64,000 nt of DNA from a virus: positions 10,805 through 74,804 of IMG/VR virus record IMGVR_UViG_3300031772_000016; one strand, written 5' to 3'. The notes below the pieces were generated by a model. It saw only the letters and a program-made list of their open reading frames with translations. It made no database searches and was not told the DNA's origin. Shown piece by piece: positions 28,156-37,743 of the stretch. Made by a program: the position numbers and the translations under genes. Every line of letters starts with the position of its first letter. Position 1 is the stretch's first letter.

Positions 28156-28449
28156 ATGTCCATAGAAATCCAGTATTTCGGTATCACCGGCATGATAGGT
28201 CCTGGTAGTAATGATTTTCTACCTCTCCTCACCGGCCCTTCCACTGGCGTGGCTGGCGGGTATGACGTGGCTGTGGACCCCATAGACGGCCCTGCTCAGC
28301 GCTACGGTATAGATTTTGGTGTGACCTCATACGGGGGCGCTGCTGCGGTGGCACTAAATATAACGGGGTCCGACCTCAAGGACGTCCAGAATAACTACGG
28401 TCACGGGGTCACAGGGGTTTTGAATCTGCGTGTAGTCTACAACTACTGA
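28156..28449 (+). CDS. Small Gly/Thr-rich putative virion protein
   Basis: GITG, LTG, STG, ITG and GVTG motifs. Confidence 0.65.
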   Translation: MSIEIQYFGITGMIGPGSNDFLPLLTGPSTGVAGGYDVAVDPIDGPAQRYGIDFGVTSYGGAAAVALNITGSDLKDVQNNYGHGVTGVLNLRVVYNY

Positions 28450-28462
28450 TCGTGAGACAATA

Positions 28463-29041
28463 ATGGACGTCAATGTCTCTACAACTAAACTCGCGTACAT
28501 AGATGTGTACCAGTATAGCGTAAAGAAATCCAGTCAGTGTACGTGTCTGGGGTGGGTCAACAGCCCAATAATACCTGATACGAGCCCTCTGGTGCTCCTG
28601 GCGGTAGCTGACCTGTCTGAAGATGTACAAGGTACGGACGCTGCAATCAGGTACGAGATTGTGAAGGACGGCACAGATTACAGGCTCCAATTCTCGAACT
28701 CACTGTCTAAGAAGATCACCAAGACTATAGGCATCAATCTGACTGACGGTAAGTGGCATTTTCTGGGGTACGTGTGTACGGGTAATGGAGTGATGATGTA
28801 CTACGTGGACGGGGTATCACTACCGGTGGAGGATGGGGTCAGTGACGGCGGGGTACTCTACGCGACGGCCTGGTCGCGTAGTGGTCGACAGGGCGGTGGA
28901 GCTGTGTGGTGTCCTTATTTGTATAAAGCTGGTCAGTCTGTGGCTGTATACAACTGGAGATTTGCGTCGAATCTGCAGATACATCAGGGGTGGATACAGG
29001 AGCTCATGGCGAAAGAAAAGCCTGCATTGGAAACGGTTTAA
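28463..29041 (+). CDS. LamG/concanavalin-like domain protein
   Basis: LTDGKWHFLGYV...YYVDG. Confidence 0.6.
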   Translation: MDVNVSTTKLAYIDVYQYSVKKSSQCTCLGWVNSPIIPDTSPLVLLAVADLSEDVQGTDAAIRYEIVKDGTDYRLQFSNSLSKKITKTIGINLTDGKWHFLGYVCTGNGVMMYYVDGVSLPVEDGVSDGGVLYATAWSRSGRQGGGAVWCPYLYKAGQSVAVYNWRFASNLQIHQGWIQELMAKEKPALETV

Positions 29042-31480
29042 ATGAAACAGATAGTATATGTCGATTCGAGATATGGAAACGACTCTTTCGCGGGTGACCT
29101 CGACTCTCCGGTCCAGACACTCGCACAGGGTATCGCGCTCGCGTATGAGGGTGGTACTGTCGTTTTGCAGACTGGTACAGGTACCCACCTCCCTGCTACA
29201 CTCACCAAGAATCTCACGATAAAAGCAGCCTACGGTGCTACTCCTCTCGTAGACACTATCACGTACACCAACGCTCAGGGTTTATTGGAAGGGCTCTTTT
29301 TTAATTCTAATACGCTCTCCAAAGGCATAGTAGTAAACAACCAGAGTATCGGATCGGTGATAGTACGTGAGTGTCAGTTTAGGGATGTAGATACTGCCAT
29401 AGAGATCAATAACGCACAGTACATTAGCATCCATAGAAACTATTTCAAGAATCATAAAAGTGGCGTGAAGATAAACTCAGCACAAGAGGTGTGTCTAAGC
29501 TCGAATGTTTTTGACGGATACCCTATACAGAACAGGTCTGTCGAGGTAGTGTCTTCGGTACGGGTGGATATGTGGGGGAACACTATTTACGGGGCCTCTG
29601 GGGTAGCGTCCGGGGCATCTCCGGATCAGAATCTGCGTATAGTGTACGTGACCCTGACCTCCTTTGATATCCAGTATAAGAGAGTCGCGCTGCCTGGGTT
29701 CGCGTGTGCAGCTCTTAATGGGCAGTATGATGTAGCTGTGAACTCTATAAACGGGTCCTCGTTTTTATATGGCACAGATTATACAGTGAATGCTTTAGGG
29801 TCAATCGTGAGCTGGGATGGAATGGCGCTACAGCAGACTCTGGCAGCTGGGGACGTGCTCAGGGTCATGTATTCTGAGAATCAGGACCCGGGTAGTGGTG
29901 ACGCGGTACGGCTATCGAACATAGGAGACCCCAACAGTCGTGTAGATTCTAATAGCATCACCGGCAACACGTATGCGGACACAGCGATCGGCGTATTTTT
30001 TACTACCCCTGTGAAGATCAGGCACAATAATTTTTATCGGGCTACAAAAGGGTGGGACGGTGGAGTACCCTCAGGGGATACGGGTCTGCAGTGTATCACC
30101 TCGGATCCTTTGTATAGGGACCCGGCAGCGAGTGACTTCCGTTTATCCTACCAGGGTGTATCAGGTACGTCTCCGAACATAGATGCGGCGGACCCTGGTC
30201 GGTGGGGTAATGTGTACGCTGAGATGGGCGTAGTGAATGTGGGTGGGAAATATACAGGGTCTGTGACAGGTATCCGTAGTAATGTAGCCCCGTTTGACAG
30301 GAGTCTCGACTATGATTCCTATAACCGTAGCGTGACAGGTATGGTGGGTACTACGGGGGACATCGGGGCGTATGAGTTTAATCAGCATGAGACTGCGATG
30401 GGTAATTACGTAGCAGAGCGTGGGTATGACATAGCTCATGCTGGTACCGCTACCGGTCCGTATGCTACACTCGATAGAGGGTATGCACGAGCGGGGTCTT
30501 TAGATCTCTATGTGGATACTCATTTGGTAGACTGTCAGGTAGGGGTCACGGGTGGGTATACGGGTATCTCTCACGGGACGGGGTATGGTAGGTATCACAG
30601 TAAAAACATCGTACTGAGTGATAGTGAAATCAAGGTGGGTAGATCTACTGGGGATGATATAGCCTACGTGTACTCATCTTATCCGGCGTATGAGACTGGT
30701 GCTGTGTATGTGGGTCCGGATAGCGGTACAGGAGTCACTGGGACGTCTGATAATCCATATCGTACGATCGGGGATGCTCTGGGGGCTGGTGGGTCCGCGG
30801 TGCTGGTACGACCGGGTTTCTATCCATCTTTCAGGGGTGTGTCTGGGGTGAGTCTGGCTGGGCTGGCTGAGACTCGGAGTGATAGCATAGGACATGAGTT
30901 CTACAGCACTATGAGTGCGGGGTGGACTGGTACTGGGGCGTATACGACCACACAGCGGGCTATCACATTTACTGGTGAGACGGGTGCTGTGTTGAGTCTG
31001 TTCACGCTGGGGGAGACGGGTCCGGTAGTGGATATCGATCTGCGGTATACTGTGGCTACTCAGGGCTTCGTGTGTGGTGGTATCTCGAATCGGATTGGTA
31101 TCACCGATTCGTATGACTCTGTATATGCTACCGTGGATAGGTTAGGTCAGCGTACGATACTGGGGTACTCGTTAGATGGTGTCGTGTACGAGTCGGCTGC
31201 GTCCTATACGGGTGCTTTTTACAATATCAAAACTCGTGTGCGGGTGGTGGGTGGTCAGTACAGGGTCTCGGTGGTCGGGGATGATTTGGATAGGTCCTAC
31301 GGCGGTGATTTTGGGGTGACGGGACTGTGGAGGGCGTCGTTTAGGTCGCAGGGTACGGGGATGGTATCCGACCTGTATTTGTACACTGATGTTTTTAGGG
31401 GTGCTACGGGGTCTGTGAGTAGTTTCGGTACGCGTAGGAAAGTGTTTGGGATACTCGGGTCTACGGGCATGCAGCCATAG
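29042..31480 (+). CDS. Right-handed beta-helix (pectin-lyase-like) putative virion surface protein
   Basis: YVD...GND...P..TL..., parallel beta-helix repeats, DF.L...SP.IDA and DIGAYE motifs; about 25 TG dipeptides. Confidence 0.65.
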   Translation: MKQIVYVDSRYGNDSFAGDLDSPVQTLAQGIALAYEGGTVVLQTGTGTHLPATLTKNLTIKAAYGATPLVDTITYTNAQGLLEGLFFNSNTLSKGIVVNNQSIGSVIVRECQFRDVDTAIEINNAQYISIHRNYFKNHKSGVKINSAQEVCLSSNVFDGYPIQNRSVEVVSSVRVDMWGNTIYGASGVASGASPDQNLRIVYVTLTSFDIQYKRVALPGFACAALNGQYDVAVNSINGSSFLYGTDYTVNALGSIVSWDGMALQQTLAAGDVLRVMYSENQDPGSGDAVRLSNIGDPNSRVDSNSITGNTYADTAIGVFFTTPVKIRHNNFYRATKGWDGGVPSGDTGLQCITSDPLYRDPAASDFRLSYQGVSGTSPNIDAADPGRWGNVYAEMGVVNVGGKYTGSVTGIRSNVAPFDRSLDYDSYNRSVTGMVGTTGDIGAYEFNQHETAMGNYVAERGYDIAHAGTATGPYATLDRGYARAGSLDLYVDTHLVDCQVGVTGGYTGISHGTGYGRYHSKNIVLSDSEIKVGRSTGDDIAYVYSSYPAYETGAVYVGPDSGTGVTGTSDNPYRTIGDALGAGGSAVLVRPGFYPSFRGVSGVSLAGLAETRSDSIGHEFYSTMSAGWTGTGAYTTTQRAITFTGETGAVLSLFTLGETGPVVDIDLRYTVATQGFVCGGISNRIGITDSYDSVYATVDRLGQRTILGYSLDGVVYESAASYTGAFYNIKTRVRVVGGQYRVSVVGDDLDRSYGGDFGVTGLWRASFRSQGTGMVSDLYLYTDVFRGATGSVSSFGTRRKVFGILGSTGMQP

Positions 31481-31490
31481 GATGTGACAC

Positions 31491-34268
31491 ATGGCACGAC
31501 CACATAATTTCATGGACAACTATGGGCGTCCAGATTTCAAGCTCCCCTATCGGTGGAACGATGATACGCCCATGTCTCTACCGCTGGCTCCGAAGAGCGT
31601 GCATGCTACCTCGCCCTACATGATAGGTGTGATAGATATCCGGTGGGACAATCCTACTATCTACGCAGAGAATAACGGTCTGCAGGTCCTCGGTGTGAAC
31701 ATCTATCGTGCGTATGATAGTCCGGAGGCTGCGTATACTCTCTTGAATCCTTCCCCAGTGGGGGCTTTGTACTATAGGGATCAGACTAAAGAGGTGTTGG
31801 TACCGGCAGAGGATCCTATAGCGGGTGGGAGATTCATAGCGGGCACGAATGCTACTGGGGATTGGATCATACACACATACAACAAGCCTATTATCATCCC
31901 AGGTACCAACGGTGAGATAGCGCAGCACTCAAAGCATGTGGTGGTACAGATAAAGCCTACGGCTATTGATTCTTTCCAGACGGTGCCCGCGTGGCGGGTG
32001 GTCGGGGAGACGGGTGAGGTGTTTCTGATAAACAAGAAAGTCTACAACCACACTACGAATCGGATAGATGATCCGGTGCTCCCGATACTGTCCCAGGGTG
32101 GAGAGGTACGGATAGCGTATACATATATCAGCGGGTGGATACAGACAGACATCAACCGAAAGATTTACTATAAGGTCACCACGGTGGCTTTAGATCCGGA
32201 GACCTCGCAGATTATAGAGACTCCGATGAATCAGGTAGAGGCGGTGAGTCTGTATGATATGGAGCGTATAGATTATATCTGGGCTGAAGCGATACGTAGG
32301 AATCGGTGGATACTGGAGCAGGGTGGGGAGCGCGTGAAAGTGTTTATTCGTAAATGGGCTGGGGAGAGGTGTACGTGTTGGGATGAGCAGTACAGGCAGG
32401 GGAAGAATGACCATCATTTGTGCTTTGCTCCGGGTACTCTAATCAATACTGAGACAGGGTGGCGTGCTATTGAGAGCATAGATGCCGGAGATAAGGTATT
32501 AAGTTCAGACGGATATTATCATAGAGTTAAAGGCACTATATGTAGACCTTATAAAGGAGATATGCTATCTATATTGTCCTCTATCAATACGAATCCTATA
32601 ATAGTTACACCAGAGCATCCTTTTCTTGTACTTAGGAGTACTCATACGCTTTATAGCGGTCATAATAGAAAAGCTCTGTGTGGGCCTAAATGTAACTCGT
32701 TTATCGAGCGTGGTGATGGTAATGCACGGCCCCCGTGTGTTCGAAAACTACCTAGTGGAAGATGGTTGGCTAGGGCACAAATAGGTGGATCTCGTAATGA
32801 GGGTAGAGTATCTTTGGGGACATATAGTACACGTGAAGAAGCTGTCGAAGCGGTTAATAGATATAAACAAGAGCATTGGAAGCCTGCCCATCGTTTAGAG
32901 TGGGATCAAGCTAAAAATATAGTCAAACGTGATTGGTTAACCCCTCAATGGAATTCTGAGACTAGGGATGTGGATACTATTAAGGTTCCAGAAGAATTTT
33001 TGAAGAAAGGCGGGTCTGGTCCTGATAGGAAGGGTGCTACTGAATTTGTTGTTGATTCTGAGTTTTTGTGGGTTGTTGGGATGTATATAGCCGAAGGTAG
33101 CAGTAGTAAAAGTCGTAGGGGCAAAAAATATAAAGGTGGGGGAGGATCCATACATTTTTCTCTTCATAAAAATGAAAAAGATTATCAAGAAAGATTAATT
33201 TCCTTTTTTAGACGTTATGGCTATAATCCATCACTAACTATTAGTAAAAAAGTGCAGTCAGCTATTGTCAGTGTTCATAGTGTGACATTACAGGAATGGT
33301 TTCCAAAATGGCTCGGTTATCTCTGTTACAATAAGCATATACCACAAGAACTGATGTATCTGCCAAAGGACAAGACATGGGAATTAATTAGGGGAGTATA
33401 TGATGGAGACGGATTAAAGAGTGATCATGAGATAACTCAAACATCTGAAATTTTGGCTTTACAGTTAGTTGAGCTATTACATAGGGTGGGTGAGCAGCCC
33501 CTAGTAAGAAGACAGATAAGCAATGTATTGACTCCTATAGGTAATAGGAGAAGACCCGCTTATTGTGTTAGCTGGGCTGAAGATAACTTTACTCATGGTA
33601 GTAGGAAAAGACGTTGGGTTTTTCATGATCGTATTTTAGCGCGTGTTACGGACGTTAAAAAAATTGACTATAAGGGTCCTGTATATAATCTTGAAGTAGA
33701 AGGAGACCCCACTTATATTGTTAATGGGATCACTTCGCACAACTGCTATGGTACGGGCATAATATCTGGGTTCGAGGGCCCTTACGATATTATCATCGCT
33801 CCTCCCGAGACAGAGAAAACAGTACAGCTAATGGACATGGGTTTACATGTGAATTTCGACTGGAACTCGTGGACTGGTCCGTACCCTCTTCTCAACGACC
33901 GCGATTTTGTTGTACGTCAGAATAACGATAGATATAGTGTAGCGCACGTGAATCCTCAGGGGGCCCGAGGGGCCATTTTCCAGCAGCATTTCATGTTGGC
34001 TCCGCTGGACCAGCATGACATACGGTACCAGGTGCCCATCAACGGCGGACTCACAGTGCCTGCGTCCTGGAATGCGTACAGAGAGGGTAAGCCATCTGAT
34101 GCGAGTCCGACGATACCTAACAAGCCTGGGGTCCCGGATCAGTATGAATTACGTGGCAGGACAGTTACATTTGAAAACATAGTGAGCGTTTTATTATTTT
34201 CTACAGGAGCTGGAATTTTAACTGAGTTTTTTATGTCTGTTTATCAAGGAATAGGTAGATTCGCATGA
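31491..34268 (+). CDS. Putative neck/head-closure protein containing an intein
   Basis: Spliced extein reads RCTCW...DHHLCYGTG...GF, a Zn-knuckle-like motif; position fits. Confidence 0.55.
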   Translation: MARPHNFMDNYGRPDFKLPYRWNDDTPMSLPLAPKSVHATSPYMIGVIDIRWDNPTIYAENNGLQVLGVNIYRAYDSPEAAYTLLNPSPVGALYYRDQTKEVLVPAEDPIAGGRFIAGTNATGDWIIHTYNKPIIIPGTNGEIAQHSKHVVVQIKPTAIDSFQTVPAWRVVGETGEVFLINKKVYNHTTNRIDDPVLPILSQGGEVRIAYTYISGWIQTDINRKIYYKVTTVALDPETSQIIETPMNQVEAVSLYDMERIDYIWAEAIRRNRWILEQGGERVKVFIRKWAGERCTCWDEQYRQGKNDHHLCFAPGTLINTETGWRAIESIDAGDKVLSSDGYYHRVKGTICRPYKGDMLSILSSINTNPIIVTPEHPFLVLRSTHTLYSGHNRKALCGPKCNSFIERGDGNARPPCVRKLPSGRWLARAQIGGSRNEGRVSLGTYSTREEAVEAVNRYKQEHWKPAHRLEWDQAKNIVKRDWLTPQWNSETRDVDTIKVPEEFLKKGGSGPDRKGATEFVVDSEFLWVVGMYIAEGSSSKSRRGKKYKGGGGSIHFSLHKNEKDYQERLISFFRRYGYNPSLTISKKVQSAIVSVHSVTLQEWFPKWLGYLCYNKHIPQELMYLPKDKTWELIRGVYDGDGLKSDHEITQTSEILALQLVELLHRVGEQPLVRRQISNVLTPIGNRRRPAYCVSWAEDNFTHGSRKRRWVFHDRILARVTDVKKIDYKGPVYNLEVEGDPTYIVNGITSHNCYGTGIISGFEGPYDIIIAPPETEKTVQLMDMGLHVNFDWNSWTGPYPLLNDRDFVVRQNNDRYSVAHVNPQGARGAIFQQHFMLAPLDQHDIRYQVPINGGLTVPASWNAYREGKPSDASPTIPNKPGVPDQYELRGRTVTFENIVSVLLFSTGAGILTEFFMSVYQGIGRFA
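32421..33743 (+). mobile_element. Intein with LAGLIDADG endonuclease and an AP2-like insert (441 aa)
   Basis: Begins CFAPGT; TPEHPF; VVGMYIAEG and GVYDGDG; ends VYNLEVEG...SHN before Cys. Confidence 0.93.
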
Positions 34269-35548
34269 TTGAAACAATGGGAGATAGATTAAAGCAATAC
34301 AATCATTTGAAAATAACGAAAAGCTGTGACGTCGTTTGTCCTGTGTGTAACAAGCTTTTTGTTAATAGGTACAGTCTTTCAAATCATTTTCTTGTCCGGG
34401 GGTATGCTGAAGGGGCTCAATATATAGACGATGCCCACAAGGACTATTATTTAAAGCAAAAAAATGAAAAGTATACTAAGCATAAAGAAGAGGTACAGAA
34501 TCGTTTGTATGTTAAAAAGTGTATAAGATGTGGAAAAGAGCACGAAGTAGAATATGGTCATAGGTTTCAGAAAAGGTGCCCAGAGTGTGAAATAAAATAT
34601 CCTGTTAGGAAAAAAACACCTACTAACTTGACAAAAACAGGCTATTGCACTAGATGCCAGTTAGAGATGCTGGTTAAAGTAGGCTCAAATAACCAAGTCT
34701 GCGAAGTTTGTCGCACTAAAGAGCAGGAAGTAGAAGCACAGAGAATATTGGCCACTCCTATGCAGGTTTCTTGCTTACACTGTGGTGAGAGTTTTTATTA
34801 CTATCGTAAGCATCTGATGGATAGGACCGCCAGATGCCTGTGTAACAAATGCAGGTCAGACCCTCACCCTTTTAAAAAAGACCCAAAATACGAGAAAGTT
34901 ATCTATTTGTTGGAGAGTACTGATTTAACTCGTAGAGAGATAAAAGAGCTGTTAGGACTTGAAGATGATTTCGTTCGGGAAGCTGCTGTGGAAAAGTTTG
35001 GTTGTGAGTGGTATGCTAAAAGAGTTAGCTCTTTTCGTAATAGGGCAGGTCTATCTACTAGCGATAGAATGAGAAAATTTTTTGCTGAGTTAAAAAAAGA
35101 TAGTGACAAGTTAGAAGCATTTTTCAAAAACAGGTTTCCTTCTCCTTCTAAACTTGAGATAGGTTTTCGAGATAGTTTGTCTAAGTTAAATATGCCTTTT
35201 GACTCAAATAGCTGGATGACGATAAAGGTTGCTGGGTCTTATGAGAGGCGTGAGGTTGATGTAAAAGTACCTCTTAATAACACGAGCAGGAAATTTGCGG
35301 TGTTTATTGACGGGGAAGCTTTTCACGGTCCAAATGCCTATTTTAAATCAAACTCTGTAGATAAAGAACGAGCGATAACTATAGCTTTCTCTTCTTTGGG
35401 GTATTTCGCTGTTCGTTATTCGGAATCTGAGGTTAAGAGTGGGGCTGCCATAAACCATTTTTTGCTGAAATATAGAGAGTTTGAAAAAAACTTGCCAGAG
35501 TACTATTATCGTAATTGGATGACAGAAGAAGAGGTGGTCAAGTTTTAG
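34265..35548 (+). CDS. Zn-finger-rich Vsr/PD-(D/E)XK-like endonuclease, probably a free-standing homing endonuclease
   Basis: Multiple CxxC pairs; EVDVKV...VFIDGEAFHG; AT-rich. Confidence 0.7.
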   Translation: MIETMGDRLKQYNHLKITKSCDVVCPVCNKLFVNRYSLSNHFLVRGYAEGAQYIDDAHKDYYLKQKNEKYTKHKEEVQNRLYVKKCIRCGKEHEVEYGHRFQKRCPECEIKYPVRKKTPTNLTKTGYCTRCQLEMLVKVGSNNQVCEVCRTKEQEVEAQRILATPMQVSCLHCGESFYYYRKHLMDRTARCLCNKCRSDPHPFKKDPKYEKVIYLLESTDLTRREIKELLGLEDDFVREAAVEKFGCEWYAKRVSSFRNRAGLSTSDRMRKFFAELKKDSDKLEAFFKNRFPSPSKLEIGFRDSLSKLNMPFDSNSWMTIKVAGSYERREVDVKVPLNNTSRKFAVFIDGEAFHGPNAYFKSNSVDKERAITIAFSSLGYFAVRYSESEVKSGAAINHFLLKYREFEKNLPEYYYRNWMTEEEVVKF

Positions 35549-35589
35549 GGTTTAGCTGTAGGAAGTCAACCCTATAAAAGGAGAATTGT

Positions 35590-35949
35590 ATGCTGGAATT
35601 CAATATGGATGACGGATCAGTGTGGCTCGTAGGTAATCTAATTAGTCTGGCAATAACCGCAGCAGCTTTGTACTGTTTATACTACCTGATAAACAAGCAG
35701 AAAGACAAGGCACTGCATATGGCTGTGTCTGCTGTGGGTACTTTTCTGTTCCTGAATGTAGTGTGTCTGGCAGGTTATGGACAGCGATGGTGGTGGGTAG
35801 CTCCTGCTCTGGCTATGATCTTGGGTTTCGGTAAAGAGATATGGGACAAGCTGAATCTTAAAAAGAAGAAGTTCGATTGGATGGATATCCTGGCTGATGC
35901 GGTAGGTGTCGTGTGGGTGTCGGCTGTGTACTTCATATCTGTCCGGTGA
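35590..35949 (+). CDS. Small multi-TM membrane protein (YfiM/VanZ-like)
   Basis: DKALH...GKEIWD...DILADAVG with hydrophobic helices. Confidence 0.55.
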   Translation: MLEFNMDDGSVWLVGNLISLAITAAALYCLYYLINKQKDKALHMAVSAVGTFLFLNVVCLAGYGQRWWWVAPALAMILGFGKEIWDKLNLKKKKFDWMDILADAVGVVWVSAVYFISVR

Positions 35950-35956
35950 TATGCAC

Positions 35957-35972
35957 TAATAATCTTTCAATA
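35957..35972 (+). promoter_or_regulatory. Putative late-promoter motif
   Basis: TAATAATCTTTCAATA. Confidence 0.55.
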
Positions 35973-36021
35973 TTTATCCAGTAAGTACTAGGCCTACTAT
36001 ATCTGAAAAAGGAGTTCGATC

Positions 36022-36993
36022 ATGCCCTTCAGCCCTAAAGAAGCTGCTGAGAGTCTCATGAAACTGGCAGATACACTTGAGAATGAGGCAATGAATGCCA
36101 GCTACATGGTATGTGGTAAATGCCGCCATACGGCTAATCTTTCTACCATTAACGGTAGACGGCTGAAGGCAGCTAGTGAGATGAGCGTGAAAAACGTGAA
36201 CACGGTCACTGTGAACGATAAAGTAGCGTGCCCTGCGTGTAGCGGTACGATGAGCTACGTCGCCACGGAGAAGAGCTCGCGTTATTATGTTGAGGCTGCT
36301 GAGGGTGGACCATTGGATATGGTCACGCCTCCAGATAGTATGGCACCGGCTGAGCCGCCTCCTCCAGAAGAGGACGAGAAAGACAAGAAGATAGTACCAC
36401 CTGAGGGTGAGTCTGAGCCTCAGTCAGAGACTGAGCCTGCTTCTATGGATCATGGTGACATTTTTGATCCGGTGGATGAGCGTGATAAGAATAAGGGTGA
36501 GGGGTTGGATCTTGGGTTCGGAGATGAGGATGTAGACAGTAAAAAGCCTGAGGACGCTCCGCCTACAGAGGATATGCCTCCTACGGACGGTGCTCCTGAG
36601 GACATGCCGCCTGCTGAGACCGATAACCCCGATATGCCTCCGGTGGATGGAAAGCCTGCAGACATGCCTCCTACGGATGAGGGTCAGTCTGAGGATATGC
36701 CGCCTGCTGAGGACAAGTCAGAGGATATGCCTCCTACGGATGGTGAGCTACCTCCCGCGGGTGAGATGGGTCCTGATGGTGAGCAGCCTCCTGTGGTAGA
36801 GGAGACGGTACCTGGTGATCTTGGGTCTGGTTCTCCTGAGTCAGATCTCCCGGAGCTTGAAGCTCCCAAGAAGCCCAAGAAGAAAAAGGATGATGTAGAC
36901 TTCCCTAAGAAGGCTGTACCGAAATTTGAGAAAATGCCAAAAGAGGCTAGTGATAGACTTTACGAAGCATCGTTGAAAAAGTACATGTTCTAA
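36022..36993 (+). CDS. Zinc-ribbon protein with acidic Pro-rich repeats
   Basis: CGKC...CPAC, then D/E/P-rich repeats. Confidence 0.75.
   Translation: MPFSPKEAAESLMKLADTLENEAMNASYMVCGKCRHTANLSTINGRRLKAASEMSVKNVNTVTVNDKVACPACSGTMSYVATEKSSRYYVEAAEGGPLDMVTPPDSMAPAEPPPPEEDEKDKKIVPPEGESEPQSETEPASMDHGDIFDPVDERDKNKGEGLDLGFGDEDVDSKKPEDAPPTEDMPPTDGAPEDMPPAETDNPDMPPVDGKPADMPPTDEGQSEDMPPAEDKSEDMPPTDGELPPAGEMGPDGEQPPVVEETVPGDLGSGSPESDLPELEAPKKPKKKKDDVDFPKKAVPKFEKMPKEASDRLYEASLKKYMF
36550..36792 (+). repeat. Imperfect in-frame DMPP repeats
   Basis: Six DMPP copies plus degenerate DAPP/ELPP/EQPP. Confidence 0.85.
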
Positions 36994-37032
36994 GCTGTGC
37001 AGTCGTCATGAGAAACCAAATAATATCTACAT

Positions 37033-37734
37033 ATGTTCCATGTAATCGGCAATACTCCTCAGCGAGTAGAACTTAAGGATCTTGGCGACTACGTATACTA
37101 CAAGCAGCAAAAAGTTTTTACGGATGCTCAGTATAACCGGTCGCAGGATCTGCAGAGAGAGATCCAAAAAGGGTCTCTGACGATACTCAAAAGGACCGAA
37201 GAGAAAAACGGTTCTTTTGAGCTACCCTCTGTGATACCTACCGCGGTACCTGCCGCTCCTGCTCCGAGTAAACCTGGCGGTATAGACTCCTCTTCTAAGC
37301 TGGATGTGCTCCTGGAGCGCATCCAGGGTTTGGAGTCTGCTATACATTCTAAATCCACTGCTCAGTTACCTGCAGACCTACAATCGGACATCATTAGAGA
37401 GCTCACAGAAAAGATAACTCGGTTGGAGTCCGGTGATCGTGGTTTTTCAGATCTGTTGGACTCTGTACGCAGACTAGAAGAGCGTATAGATAAAGGATCT
37501 GCCGGGGATGAGATCCTACAAAAGCTCGAGGGTATCCTCAGTAGGGCACCTACGGTAGTGTCTTCTCAGGAGAGGCCTCGGGAGGAGACGCGCCCTGAGG
37601 ATGTGTATGTGCCTTCGATCACGGTAGAGGATGGGAATACACATATCAAGTTGAATGTGAGGTCTATAGAGTCTGGGGATAGTGTGTCGGACTCTCTCAG
37701 GAAGCTGAAGGAATTGAAGTCGAAATCCAAATAG
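37033..37734 (+). CDS. Hypothetical coiled-coil protein
   Basis: 233 aa; heptad-like segments. Confidence 0.7.
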   Translation: MFHVIGNTPQRVELKDLGDYVYYKQQKVFTDAQYNRSQDLQREIQKGSLTILKRTEEKNGSFELPSVIPTAVPAAPAPSKPGGIDSSSKLDVLLERIQGLESAIHSKSTAQLPADLQSDIIRELTEKITRLESGDRGFSDLLDSVRRLEERIDKGSAGDEILQKLEGILSRAPTVVSSQERPREETRPEDVYVPSITVEDGNTHIKLNVRSIESGDSVSDSLRKLKELKSKSK

Positions 37735-37743
37735 GGGAGGTTT

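Noticed and set aside
34180-35580. Second group I intron around the 34265 endonuclease
   Set aside because: No P/Q/R/S elements or downstream exon found.
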